46,077 nucleotides of DNA from Octopus bimaculoides (GCF_001194135.2 NC_068984.1:79708420-79754496), one strand, 5' to 3'; positions 24,945-36,870 are shown, numbered from the stretch's first letter. Program-made: numbers and translations. The notes: generated from the letters alone by a model not told the origin.

Positions 24945-25281
24945 ACCTCCACCAAGGCAACACCAACATCCTCTCAAGGATTAGCGAGAAAGGATTTTTA
25001 AAATGAGAATATCTGAAATAAACTTGACTGCTCTCACAAATAAGAATATTACAAATGAACCCGACTGCGCTCAAAAATTAAGTAAAAAAAAATGAGGAAA
25101 AATAATCCAGAATCCTTGTCCAGTATATTATTGATCCCAAAATCTAATCAGTTTCTGCCAGTCACAAGACCAAACATCCCTGAAAGTTACATCTGAATCC
25201 ATCCAGTAGTTCTTGAGATATCTTGTCCACGGACAAGCAAACAAACATGACTGTAAACAATACCTTAGCAAAGGTGGAGGT
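24945..25281. mobile_element. Non-autonomous element with ACCTCC(A)CCAAGG / CCTT..AGGTGGAGGT inverted ends (Crypton-like type, from memory)
   Basis: Inverted motifs are visible at 24945-24957 and 25263-25281. The interior gttcttgagatatcttgtccacggac..aaacaatac resembles a widespread animal repeat type. Classification is unverified. Confidence 0.6.
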
Positions 25282-25374
25282 AACAATGGGGGATATGAAA
25301 TGAGAGCTGCATTTTACATATGGGCTGGATGTATAACCAGTTGCAATAATGCTTACATCTTGCTTCTTGCTTGG

Positions 25375-25560
25375 GTCTGTTATCAGTTTAACATCTGGTC
25401 TGTGCCTATTGTCTGTCAAAATTGAGCCTATGTTTCACACCTAATCTGGGTCTAGTATTAGTTGAAATGGGACCTACATTTTACATCTGGCCTGAACCTG
25501 TTACCTATTGAAATGGGATGTATTTCACATTTAGTCTGTGTCTGTTATCAGCTGAATGGG
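25375..25560. repeat. Degenerate ~46-bp tandem repeat, ~4 units
   Basis: Recurring tttcacatctggtctg..ctgttatcagttgaaatggga. Confidence 0.55.
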
Positions 25561-25569
25561 ATCATCTAT

Positions 25570-26060
25570 CCATTTCTGCTGCCCACTATTCCTGGGAGAG
25601 TCATTGGGGTAGAGTTCTGAGGCACCTCCTCTTCTATAGGGTCCTATCAGAATCAACCACCTTTAAAATTTCCTGCCTGATTCCCAAGTATGACCAACTG
25701 AGATTATATGGATATTATCCAACCATCTTGTTCTTGGTCTACCTTTAGGTCTCCTTGCCAGTTGGCTTGGCTTGAAGAATCTACCTTGTAATCCTTTCCT
25801 ATAGCATTATAACCACATATTTGTAGTACCAGGCTGTGATATCTCAATGTTGAGAAGCAATGGCTCGATCAGGAGAGGCTCCTTGATCTCCATACTACAA
25901 ATTCTGTTCAGTAATTTTATTTCAGAGACCCTTTGGAAGAACCCCATTTCAGCCACTTGTATTCGCTATTGTAATTTTTTCAGTCATTACCCAGCATTCA
26001 TGACCATAAGTGAAAATACACATAAATGGAACCTCTGGTTGTATTTGATCTTGAGAACAG
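25570..26060 (-). mobile_element. RTE (Expander/Rex3-like) LINE C-terminal fragment
   Basis: YGHECWVMTEKLQ*RIQVAEMGFFQRV..NRICSMEIKEPLLIEPLLLNIEISQ..RRPKGRPRTRWLD matches the RTE motifs YGHE.WVMT, EPLLL.IE.SQ and GRPRTRW. Confidence 0.85.
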
Positions 26061-26253
26061 AAGCTGGTGTGCATGGATGACTGCTGATCTTCCATAAATA
26101 ATCTTGCCAGACTTGTGCCTTGGAGGGGAACTTTCTAGGTGCAATCCCATGGTCATTCATGATTGAAAGCGGTCTTTACCATCTATGTGACTATATTGCT
26201 GTTTTTGTCTGTGACAGTATAATGTAATTTGAGGAAAATATGGCTGCTATTTC

Positions 26254-26443
26254 TTATTTCTTTATTGCCCACAAGGAGCTAAACATAGAGGGGACAAACA
26301 AGGACAGACAAAGGAATTAAGTCAATTACATCGACCCCAGTGCGAAACTGGTACTTAATTTATCGATCCTGAAAGGATGAAAGGTAAAATCGATTTCTGC
26401 GGAATTTGAACTCAGAATGTAACGGCTGACAGCTCACCACCTT
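26254..26443 (-). mobile_element. SINE family C with target-site duplication
   Basis: Flanked by aaaatatggctgctatttct (26235-26254) and aaaatagctgctatttct (26444-26461). The body is homologous to 43417-43653. Confidence 0.85.
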
Positions 26444-27659
26444 AAAATAGCTGCTATTTCTAACTATCAAGCAGCTATGCAGAAACTTCTTTGTTAGTTT
26501 GTATGTAATGTAATAGATGAAGTTTGGTAACATACATTTGAAGTAGCTGATCATGTCAAACTGGGGTTTTGGGTTGGATCATGTCTGTGATGCAGGGATA
26601 AGTTTGGCACCTAAGGCAGGAGTATTTGAATCCTCTTCATAAGTGTTACTGGGGAGCATGGAACTTCTAGCCAACAGAGTCATGTAGATTTTGCACCATT
26701 TCAAGGAGGGAGGAGGAGGTTTGGGAAAATGAAAGTGGTTTCATTGGTGGAACATTAAAAGAAGAGAATTCTAGAATTCCAAATAATATATATACCATTT
26801 CTGTTTGTTCGATCTCAGCTATTTTTACTTCATAATGGTAACTTTATTTTATGGCTATTTACAGATGTCTTCTTTTCTGTCTTTCTTTCTTTTTTTTCAA
26901 TATCTTATGTTTTACTTTTTGTTCTGTTCTTCTGTCTACACTGCATTCCTCCACCACTTCGACACATACTTTTAAAATACATAAAAAGGAAATAAAAAAA
27001 AATTAGAAAAAAAATATTTAAAAAAACAACAAAAAGATATTAACAATGAAAATTTTTACTTTCTTCTTTCTCTGTTAACCCTTACCCACTCTTGTCCCTC
27101 CTCACCAACTGCAAGAATTCAACAACTTCCCTACTGAATATAGATATAAATAATTTTAAGTGATATATGGTATAATTATTGTTATCAGCCATCATTGTTT
27201 CATCATCGATGTGGGTATCATCATTTCCAATTCATCATTATCATAACCACCACCATCGTCGTTATCATCATTACCATCATAATCGGCATCATTGACGTAG
27301 TTGGTGTTATAGTTTGGAATATCCTAATAAAAACTGCTGATTTACTGTAGAAAGCTTTTCGTTATGGCTATTTTAGGGTAGCATGGGTGTTTAAGGTCAC
27401 ATAAACTTGTCAGTGAAAAGTAGAAGAGCTAGTGAGAGGGAGATAAATGATATGAACGAGATTCAAAGAGAGTGGGTGAGTGGAGAGAGAAATGGATTAA
27501 ATAAGAGAAAGAGAGAAACATACAAGGTGGGAGGGAATTGATTCTCACATAATCAAAATATCTAGGTTTAATTAAATATTATCTTTGTAGCTGAAGTTTG
27601 TTTCTTACCACTAACAGATCTTACAGTTACAGTGGTACGTCTCTTCTTTCCTTTTATGT

Positions 27660-27990
27660 ATAGGCATGGCTATGTGATTAAGAATCTTGCTTTGTAACTA
27701 CATGGTTTCAGGTTCAGTTCCAGTGCATAGCACCTTGAGCAAGTGTTTTCTATTATGGCGTTATGGCTCCAGGCCAACCAATGCTTTATTAGTGAATTTG
27801 GTAGGTGGAAACTATGGAAGCCTTAGTGTGTGTGTGTGTGTATATATGTGTGTGTGTCTATGTGTTTGATCTCTACCATTGCCTGGTAGGGAGTATAAAT
27901 TTGTTTATGTCCCAGTAACTTAACAGTAACTTAGCAGTTCAACAAAGAGAGTGATAAATTAAGTACTAGACTTTAAAAAGTAAGTTTCTA
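27660..27990 (+). mobile_element. SINE family A, diverged
   Basis: ggcatggctatgtgattaag..ggttcagttcc..(TG)n..tgtcccagtaactt..aagtactagacttt. Confidence 0.8.
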
Positions 27991-28005
27991 TTGACTCAGA
28001 TTTAC

Positions 28006-28233
28006 TTAACCCTTTAGTATTTAAACCGGCCATATCCTGCCAAAATGTTTAATCTGTTTTATGTTCAAACTGACCAGATCCAAGCTCTCACACCTACACT
28101 ACAATGTTATTCTACATTAATTACTTACACCATCAAGATCTTGAAGATATGAGATAATGCATGCTTAATTCAAATCAAATGTGAATCCATAAGCATTATG
28201 TTTGATAGAATAATCTGAACACTAAAGGGTTAA
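28006..28233. mobile_element. piggyBac-like MITE, intact ends
   Basis: TTAA-CCCTTTAGT ... ACTAAAGGG-TTAA: a 9-bp TIR plus a TTAA target duplication. Confidence 0.9.
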
Positions 28234-28347
28234 AGGCCTTGGACTGACCCAAGGCTTTGGTAAAGGCACAGATGCAGTGCAGTGAGATTCAACCTAGAAC
28301 CTCATAAATGTGAAGAAAATATAACCACTCTCTCTCTCTCTCTCTCT

Positions 28348-28388
<41 letters not shown>

Positions 28389-30000
28389 TTGAGTGTGTTT
28401 AGACACTCACTCCCATGCACAAACACACACACACACACATATGTGGGTTTCTTTGCAAAGTGTATGATGAAACAGACGAAGTTAAAAGCAGTTATGTTTG
28501 CCTTTACTTCAGATATCTTAAATTTCAGAATTATATGATCTACACATAGATAGAAGAAAAACTAAATATAATAATGTTTCACGAACGAAAATCAATACCA
28601 AAACATTTCCCATTCATGATATTCACACACTCACACACACATTCTTTCTCTCTTTCTCTTTGTTGCTTTTACACATCCTAATGTACATGTGTACTTAATG
28701 CATACCCTTTTTACTCACTTACCTTCCACACAATGCACTCACATGCATGTTTGCTTTCTCCTTCTGCTCTCACACATGCCATATATGCATGTGTATTGAC
28801 AGTTAACTATACTCACATAAGCATACATACATTCACACGCAAAAATATATACATACACACACACATATATATACACATACACACATATATATGTATATGT
28901 ATATATATGCATATATGTAAGTATGTATGTATGTGTATGTATGTATGCACTTGGGTTTGGTAGAACAAATAGACATAGAACACAATACATGAGTTTCATA
29001 AGTGCCATGCACAGAGCTCAGCCCTTGAGTAACTTTTGTAATTTTCTGATGATTAAAAAATAATAGATACGTGCATATATTTATATATATATATATATAT
29101 TTGCATTTTGTCATTTCTAAGTGTAAACTATGTTTAGTGTCAGTATTTACAAAACTGTATATATATATATATANNNNNNNNNNNNNNNNNNNNNNNNNNN
29201 NNNNNNNNNNNNNNNNNNNNNNNNNNNNNNNNNNNNNNNNNNNNNNNNNNNNNNNNNNNNNNNNNNNNNNNNNNNNNNNNNNNNNNNNNNNNNNNNNNNN
29301 NNNNNNNNNNNNNNNNNNNNNNNNNNNNNNNNNNNNNNNNNNNNNNNNNNNNNNNNNNNNNNNNNNNNNNNNNNNNNNNNNNNNNNNNNNNNNNNNNNNN
29401 NNNNNNNNNNNNNNNNNNNNNNNNNNNNNNNNNNNNNNNNNNNNTATATATATATATATACACATATATATATATATACACGCATATATATATATATATA
29501 TATAGTACAAGTAATACATATATCTTTTATTAATATTTAGCAGAAGCAACAGAGTGGTTAAAGGGCTGAGAGTTTCATGTGGTAGCACTTATCAAAAAAT
29601 CTATATAATCCATGCATACATACATGCATACACACATACATACATAATACATGCACACATACACATAATGCTTGTACAAACACACACATACACTCGAGTT
29701 CACCCACAAGGTAACAAGGAACACTTTATGTTAGAAGAATTACCTAAACATCCCTCAATTCACACTGTATTGTTTAAAGAAGAAAGAAAACAGAATGCAG
29801 CATTGAGTAATACAGTTTTACATGTGCTATGAATGAATAAAAGTTGGGATGGTCATGAAAGGAATGTTCTTGGCCATTGGACTGCTCAGTGAGTGTTGAC
29901 CTGGTGCTAGACAAGTTAAATATAATACATACACACACTTATTTAGTACATTAAACTCATGAACCTACACTCCCCCACTCATACTTATATACACATAAAC

Positions 30001-30049
<49 letters not shown>

Positions 30050-30876
30050 TAAGCATAAGGCCAAATTATGCATATGCATAAATATGCAAATTTATTCTCA
30101 GTAATTATCATGCATTGAATAATGCATGTATATTTCACCCCTGAGAAAAATTTTGAATTCATCAATAGATTTGAAGAAAATCTTATCACTACATTTATTT
30201 TTACAGTATTGATATTTTATAGTCATATATTGTTTAGCTTAGGGCTTGAAATAAAATAATAATAATAATAATAAAGAAATATTGAATTAAAGAAGGAAAA
30301 GTGTAGAAATAAATATATGTTGTTTTGTGCTTTCAATGATAACAGAACAAAAGATAAAGTAGGTAAAAAAGAAAAAAAAATATTGTTGCTGCACATTTTT
30401 ACTATAAAAAAATAAACATTTTTCTGAACTTAAATAAGCTGGAATGAATAATATTTGCAGCCTATGCAGTGTGCTGAATGTCTGCGATTATCAGGTTGAA
30501 ATCCCATTACATTCCCGAAATAGCTGTTGGCCAATGTATATAGCCTTCGTACAATGAGTAGTTCAATTAAATGTGCAATTAAATGAACAATTGGAAAAGA
30601 CCACAACATTTCCAAGTGGGAAGGTGGGTGTCAAGCTGTAGAGAAATGAGGGATAAAAAAAACATAAAAAAATAAATAAATAAATAAATGGTGATGATAA
30701 TTTGGTAAATCAAAACTAAATCTGAAACACGAATCAATATTTTTTTTTCTTTTCTTCCATTGATATTAAATTTGTGTTTTTTTTTTTCTTTTTAGAATGG
30801 AATCAAATAAAATGTCTACATCACATGTATTTTTGCGTGTAGCATATTAACTCAATGTTAGATTCGTCTTTTATAG

Positions 30877-30973
30877 AAAAATGTTACTGAGACCGCATCA
30901 ACAAATCCCAATTTGCCAACGATGAGAGAGAAAGATGGCTCATTGACATGCCATCGAGTCTATAGTTGCATGG
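30877..30973 (+). other. Candidate internal exon of an unidentified gene
   Basis: Acceptor ttcgtcttttatAG and donor TGG|GTGAGA. The frame is open (KNVTETASTNPNLPTMREKDGSLTCHRVYSCM) and lies in unique CpG-retaining sequence. No homology is recognised. Confidence 0.2.
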
Positions 30974-31589
30974 GTGAGAATTGTGAATTACATCATGTTC
31001 TTCCCCACTCCTCACATTTTTTTTTAATGGTTCCTAGATGTGTATTGCTGAAGACTTATTGTTCTTTTTTTATGCTTTTCTTTTTTCATGCCTGAATTAG
31101 ATGGATATATATTACTCAGGCATTGTTTTACAGTTGGATGCCCTTCCTGTCACTCATCCTTACATGTCTCTCACAAATGGAATCTCTTATCTACATATCC
31201 TCATAAAACCAGAGCCAGTGAATGATTTATTGATAGGGAAATGACAACAAACTTCACCACTTGCAGTTAAGCACTTTTTCCATACACACATACATGTATT
31301 CACATAAAACACGCATATATCCACATATATATCTTGTTGATTTTTGTGTCTGTTTTCTTGTACTTGCATGAGTTTAACAAATAAGTTATAGAGGCATTCT
31401 TTTACTACCAGATGCCCTTCCTGTTGTTAACCCTTCCCTCTTTTTCAAGTAAAGGATCTCTTATTCCTCATTCCATTGTAAGTACCAAACAACTAGATGG
31501 TTTGCTCTTAGAAGAACTGACAATAACAACACTGCCTGTTCATTTCAACTTTCCTAAATATTCCTTTCAACTAAAGGCACAGGGCCAGA

Positions 31590-31770
31590 AATTTGGGGGT
31601 AGGGACTAGTCAATTATGTTACATAATTGGTACTTATTTCATCAACCCTGAAAAGATGAAAGGCAAAGTCAGCCTCAGTAGAATTTGAACTCAGAAGGTA
31701 AAGATGGACAAAATACCACTAAACATTTTGCTTGGTGTGTTAAGGATTCTGTCAGCTCACTGCCTTAACT
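31590..31770 (-). mobile_element. SINE family C
   Basis: ggtacttatttcatcaaccctgaaaagatgaaaggcaaagtc..gaatttgaactcagaa. Confidence 0.8.
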
Positions 31771-31858
31771 TTCCTCAGTCACAAACATCTACACAATGCA
31801 CATATGTATAAATATATCTACAAAATCAAAGCACTAAGGAGTGATGTGCATAACTATA

Positions 31859-31993
31859 AACTTGTACGAGTTCAAATATGTTTCAGACATATTATATTTG
31901 AACCTGTAAGAAAGCCACTCACTGGATTTTGTCATGGATAAAATTTCTCAGTGTAGAGCAATAAGTGTAAACACATCAAGCTAGTTCAAAGAG
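31859..31993 (+). mobile_element. Partial copy of the MITE at 32435-32626
   Basis: Colinear similarity to 32435-32568; lacks the right TIR. Confidence 0.7.
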
Positions 31994-32121
31994 CTCCCTT
32001 GCCAGACTGATGGACGCATGCATTTCAGAGTAGTATTTCCTCTTCAGCATCAGACACTGGAAGGAGGAAGTGCAATGGACTGATTTGAAATAAATCTCTC
32101 TTATCATACTTTAGTTTGTAG

Positions 32122-32338
32122 GGTGGCAAGCTGGCAGAATTGTTAGTACACCAGGCGAAATGGTTAGCGATATGTCGTCTGTGTCCACGTTCTGAGTTCA
32201 AATTCAACCAAGGTTGACTTTGCCTTTCATCCTTTTGAGGAAGATAGATTAAGTACCAGTTGGGTACTGGGGTCGATAAAATTGACTTAACCCTCTCCCC
32301 CGAAATTTCAGGCCTTGTGCCTATAGTAGAAAGGATCA
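32122..32338 (+). mobile_element. SINE family C, full length
   Basis: ggtggcaagctggcagaa..ctgagttcaaatt..gttgactttgcctttcatcc..aagtaccagttg..ggggtcgat..ggccttgtgcctatagtagaaagg. Confidence 0.85.
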
Positions 32339-32434
32339 TATTCCAGTCAGCATACTGACAGGTTGTGCTAATTGGCAGATTGGCTGTAATGCAATATGAA
32401 ACGGAAGTGCTAAGCAGTGGTATATATAAATATA

Positions 32435-32626
32435 AACTTGTTACCAGCTCAAATATGCTTCAGAAATATTTGAACCCATGAGAAAACCATTCACTGTATT
32501 TTGTTATGGAGAAAATTTTTCATTGTAGACAATTGATGTAAACACACTAAGTCAGTTCAAAGTGACCCTATGGCTTTGTTATGGGTTCAAATATACCCTG
32601 AAGCATATTTGAACTTGAAACAAGTT
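32435..32626. mobile_element. MITE with ~55-bp imperfect TIRs
   Basis: Left end: aacttgttaccagctcaaatatgcttcagaaatatttgaacccatga. Right end (reverse complement): aacttgtttcaagttcaaatatgcttcagggtatatttgaacccataa. Confidence 0.75.
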
Positions 32627-32865
32627 ANNNNNNNNNNNNNNNNNNNNNNNNNNNNNNNNNNNNNNNNNNNNNNNNNNNNNNNNNNNNNNNNNNNNNNNNN
32701 NNNNNNNNNNNNNNNNNNNNNNNNNNNNNNNNNNNNNNNNNNNNNNNNNNNNNNNNNNNNNNNNNNNNNNNNNNNNNNNNNNNNNNNNNNNNNNNNNNNN
32801 NNNTATGTATATATATATATATATATACTCACACATATATATGTATGTATATATATATATATATA

Positions 32866-33492
32866 TACGAGGAGAGTCTTGTTTTTTCAGTGTATTTACA
32901 TAAAATCAGGGGATAAACAAGCATGTCCTTTTTCTATATAATCTCCTTCTAGCAGTCCACAAGCTTGTGTATTCCCTCCAAGAAGAATGTTTCTGGTTGG
33001 TCGTACAACCATTTATGCACCACTTCCTTCACATCTTCATCCGTAGGAAATTGACAACCTCGTAAACCATCTGGGCTGTAGGCAGCACTTCAAAACCCAA
33101 TTGGTTAATGGTTTCAACAGTCTAGACAGCCATGTATCGGCATGCATTGTCATGCAACAGTAAAACTTTCTTCAACAATAGGCTTCGGCATTTGATATGA
33201 ATTGCTGGCTTCAGTTTGTTGTCCAGAAAAGCATTATATCTTGCACTGTTAATCACACACCTCTTTTTCAGAGAAATCGGATCATTGTTCTTTGTTCTTC
33301 TTTAGTGCACATTGGTAGTAGAGCGGCCATGCTTACACTGTAAAGCCAGAGAAAAATAGCATGATTAAGCTCAAACTTCGATCACTTGACCACAATAGTT
33401 CCAACTATACGCATGCATGCACAGAAGCCAGAGTGACAATAATAAAGATATGTTATGGCAAAAGTGCAGATAATTTTTGACTTCCCTTTGTA
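32866..33492 (-). mobile_element. Internally deleted mariner element with both ends
   Basis: 5' end TA-CAAAGGGAAGTCAAAAATTATCTGCAC. ATG 33330 MAALLPMCTKEEQRTMIRFL is joined to VINSARY..LLLHDNACR..TINQLGFEVLP, which is joined to DGLRGCQFPTDEDVKEVVHKWLYDQPETFFLEGIHKLVDC. 3' end TA-CGAGGAGAGTC. Confidence 0.9.
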
Positions 33493-33949
33493 TATATATA
33501 TATATATATATNNNNNNNNNNNNNNNNNNNNNNNNNNNNNNNNNNNNNNNNNNNNNNNNNNNNNNNNNNNNNNNNNNNNNNNNNNNNNNNNNNNNNNNNN
33601 NNNNNNNNNNNNNNNNNNNNNNNNNNNNNNNNNNNNNNNNNNNNNNNNNNNNNNNNNNATATTCATAAAATAAGGATAATTATCAGGTAGTTAGCATGGA
33701 AATAAACAATTTATATATTAAATTAATAATTATATATATATATATATATATAATTATTTTAAGGCAGAAAGTGGAAACAAGTACTGAATTTCAGTACGAA
33801 CATTATAGTAGCTTCATAATGTTTGTACATTAATTCAGTATGGAGGAGATAAGTCATGTTTTGACTTTCTCCCTTAAAATAATTATATATATATAATTAT
33901 TAATTTAATATATTTATATATATATGCATGTATATATATATATGCATGC

Positions 33950-34105
33950 ATACACTGAAGACAGTCATCTTTCAGCTTCTGCTATTAAATACACTTATGA
34001 GTCTTCTGTTAGCCTGCAGCTATAGTAGAAGACACTTGTTCAAGATGTCACACAATGGGTCCAAATCTGAAACCATGTGGTAACAAAGCAAACTTCTTAA
34101 TCACA
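33950..34105 (-). mobile_element. SINE family A, 5' half
   Basis: tctttcagcttctgcta..ctatagtagaagacacttg..aaccatgtggtaacaaagcaaacttc. Confidence 0.7.
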
Positions 34106-34399
34106 AATTCATGGCTGCACTTAAATATAAATATAAAATCTCATTATCTGGCTTCATTGCAGTTTGTAATATATTGTGATCCCGACTACCATGACAATTG
34201 TTGTTGTTGTTGCTATTGGATAATCCTCTGTTTGAATAGGCCAATCATATACAAGTAGAGTATTGAACAAATATTCTATCAGCATTTTTGTTTTGTGGTC
34301 TATGCCTTGTCTTTATGGAGAAATGTATTTTGCTCATGGTTTCAGACTTGAAAATATTTTCTCATTTTAAATAACTGGCAGGAAATTGCTGAAGGAAAT

Positions 34400-34983
34400 T
34401 TAACCCTTTAGCATTTGGATTACTTTGTCAACTAAAATTAATCCTGTATTATCTCATAGCTTTGAGATTTCAAAGATGGTCATACCGTGCTTGAGAAGAC
34501 TCATCGAGCCAAGTGAAATTGTAGTTATGGCCGATGCCAGTGTTGCATAACTGGCACCCATGTTGGTGGCACGTAATGACAAGGGACTGAAACTTGGCAA
34601 TATGCTGTGCTTGAGAAAAACCTGTCAAGCCAAGTGAGATCATAGTCATGGCCGATGCCAGTGTTTCACAACTGGCACCTGTGCCAGTGACATGTAAAAA
34701 GCACTCCCTATACTCTTGGAATGGTTGGCATTAGGAAAGGTACCCAGCTGTAGAAACCATGCCAAATCAGATTGGAACCAGCTTACCAATTTTTCAGTCA
34801 AACTGTCCAACCCATGCCAGCATGGAAAACAGACATTAAATGATGATGATAATGATGATGTAATTGTTTATCTTTAGAATGACATTGTCAGGTAGGTGTG
34901 AGAGGCAGGATCTGACCAGTTGTAACATAAAAGAGGTTGAATATCTGGGCTGGATATATCCAGTTTAAATGCTAAAGGGTTAA
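34400..34983. mobile_element. piggyBac-like MITE interrupted by an RTE 3' fragment
   Basis: TTAA-CCCTTTAGC ... GCTAAAGGG-TTAA; the flanking halves are colinear with 11091-11312. Confidence 0.9.
34478..34860 (+). mobile_element. RTE LINE 3' UTR fragment nested in a MITE
   Basis: Internal duplication of a ~115-bp module (tgcttgagaa..ggccgatgccagtg..actggcacc), then the standard tail and (GAT)n. Confidence 0.85.
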
Positions 34984-35114
34984 ATACTATAGATAGGAAG
35001 TTAAAGTAACTATATAAGAACTTACTTCTTACTTCAAGTGTAAAAGTTTGAAAGCAAAATTTCAATGTAGTTCAGAAATGGTTGTTTGGTTAAGAAGTTT
35101 ACGTTGCAACCACT

Positions 35115-35255
35115 TTAGTCAGTTTCCGTCTACCAAGTCCACTCACGAGGCTTTGGTCAGCCTGGAGTTATAATAGAAGATACTTATCCAAGATGCCATG
35201 CATTAGGACTAACCATGAAACCATGTGGTTGGGAAACAAACTTCTTACCATGCAT
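35115..35255 (-). mobile_element. SINE family A, 5' half
   Basis: cagtttccgtctacc..ggctttggtcagcc..aaccatgtggttgggaaacaaacttcttacc. Confidence 0.75.
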
Positions 35256-35439
35256 CCATGCTTCTGTGTGTGTGCGTGCGTGCATGCGTGTGTGTGTGTA
35301 TGTGTGTGTGTGTATGTGTGTGTGTGTGTGTGAATGCAGGCACAGGTTTCTGTCTGAATGTTTTCTACACTGAGATGTTTGCCGACTTCATAATTTTAGG
35401 AGAGCATTGTGATTTGCTTGAAGCATTGTGTATTGTTTG

Positions 35440-35838
35440 TAAAGAATAAAAAGTTTAGAATGGTACAACAATGCACTTAGTTCTTAATAACATGCTCATA
35501 TATTGTTTACAACAAAAAAAAAAGAAGGGCAAAAAAAAAAGAGAAGCTGCACGTATAACACATAACTTAGAAGCAGCGCCACAGATGTACCAACACACAT
35601 GATATTGAAACATGGCAGACCTCATGCACTTCTCATGAGGAATTCAGGAAGAAGCTTCATGAGACCACTACTGAGACGCTTCTAAAGAAAGAAAACCGTT
35701 AGAAAACAGTTTATAGCAGAGACTCCAGCAAAGAAGATCTGAAGAAGGAATTGTAATTACGAAATATCATCGGACTATAGATAACCATTGTTTGTTCTAT
35801 AGTGCATTGTTGTACCATTCTAAACTTTTTATTCTTTA
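35440..35838 (+). mobile_element. Probable Penelope-like element remnant bounded by a perfect 38-bp inverted repeat
   Basis: The arms 35440-35477 and 35801-35838 are exact reverse complements and enclose a hammerhead motif. No RT or GIY-YIG ORF is recognised. Confidence 0.55.
35736..35771 (+). ncRNA. Minimal type-I hammerhead ribozyme motif
   Basis: GAT-CUGAAGA-a-GGAAU(UGUA)AUUAC-GAAA-U-AUC^-AUC. The core boxes are intact, helix I is GAT/ATC, helix III is the palindrome AUAU, and helix II has one G-A mismatch. Confidence 0.6.
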
Positions 35839-36279
35839 TTCATAATTTTACATCAATCTTTAATGCTTTTTTTTTTTTTTTTTGGTAGGGTGGCATGGTT
35901 TCATTTCATAAATATTTTCATCACACATTTGTGACCTTATTAAGTGATCTCTCCTCTTTTGAAACTGACTTGTTGCTATTAAGTGTTGCCATTTGCTTCC
36001 AAATGTATCTTAAAGTACAGCTGACTTAGTGGTTTAAACACACAGATTATATATTAATATTAATTGTTTTCTTTCAATCTCCAATCAGTCAAATTTAATG
36101 CATTATATTGAAATGGATTAGTGTAAATGACATATCATAATACAAACTGTCAAGACATTGAATGTTTGATATTTATGGAGTTGTGCAGATATGAGGGTGT
36201 ATGTTGCATGTAAAAAGACATTACGGAACAAAAGATGTAATTTGCTAGGATATACTTACAGATTTATATTCATTTACCT

Positions 36280-36450
36280 TTTGATTTCTATCAGTTGTTG
36301 GACTGTGGCCATGCTAGAGCACTGCTTTGGAGAGTTTAATTGATCAAAATAATTCTAGTATGGTACCTGTTCTGTTGGCCTCGTTTACCAAACTACTAGG
36401 TTACAAATATGTAAATAAAACAGCACCTGTTGTCAAGCAGGGAAGGGGTA
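36280..36450 (-). mobile_element. SINE family A, 3' half
   Basis: ggactgtggccatgctagagcactgc..gttgtcaagcag. Confidence 0.75.
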
Positions 36451-36462
36451 AAGGCAAGATAT

Positions 36463-36570
36463 ATACATACATGCATACGTATGTACGTACATACATACAT
36501 ACATAGATACATACATACATACATACATACATACGTACATACATACATACATACATACATACACACATAC
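36463..36570. repeat. (TACA)n tetranucleotide microsatellite
   Basis: Directly visible. Confidence 0.95.
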
Positions 36571-36764
36571 AAGAGGAAGCTGATTTGAAGACTACAAAAT
36601 CAAGTCATCACTGGAACTGTAAAAATTTGTAAAAACTTACCAGAAGTTTATCATTTAAGTATATATTTGAGCATTTCTAGACATGCAACCATATGCATGA
36701 AAATACATACATAAAACAAAACATACAAATTTGCACATATACATACATACATACATACATACAA

Positions 36765-36870
36765 AAATACCCTGTTGATGTTGTTGAAATTCCATTGAAG
36801 GAATCTTGGATCTAGGTTAGAAACTGCCTCTTTCTCTATTGGCAAGAAATTTTGAAATAAATCTGGATAA
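36765..36870 (+). repeat. Unclassified dispersed repeat (second copy inverted at ~44010-44110)
   Basis: tgttgatgttgttgaaattccattgaagga..ctaggttagaaactg..gcaagaaattttgaaataaa matches the reverse complement of ttttatttcaagatttcttgc..acctaggctccttcattgaaatatcaacaacatcaaca. Confidence 0.7.
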
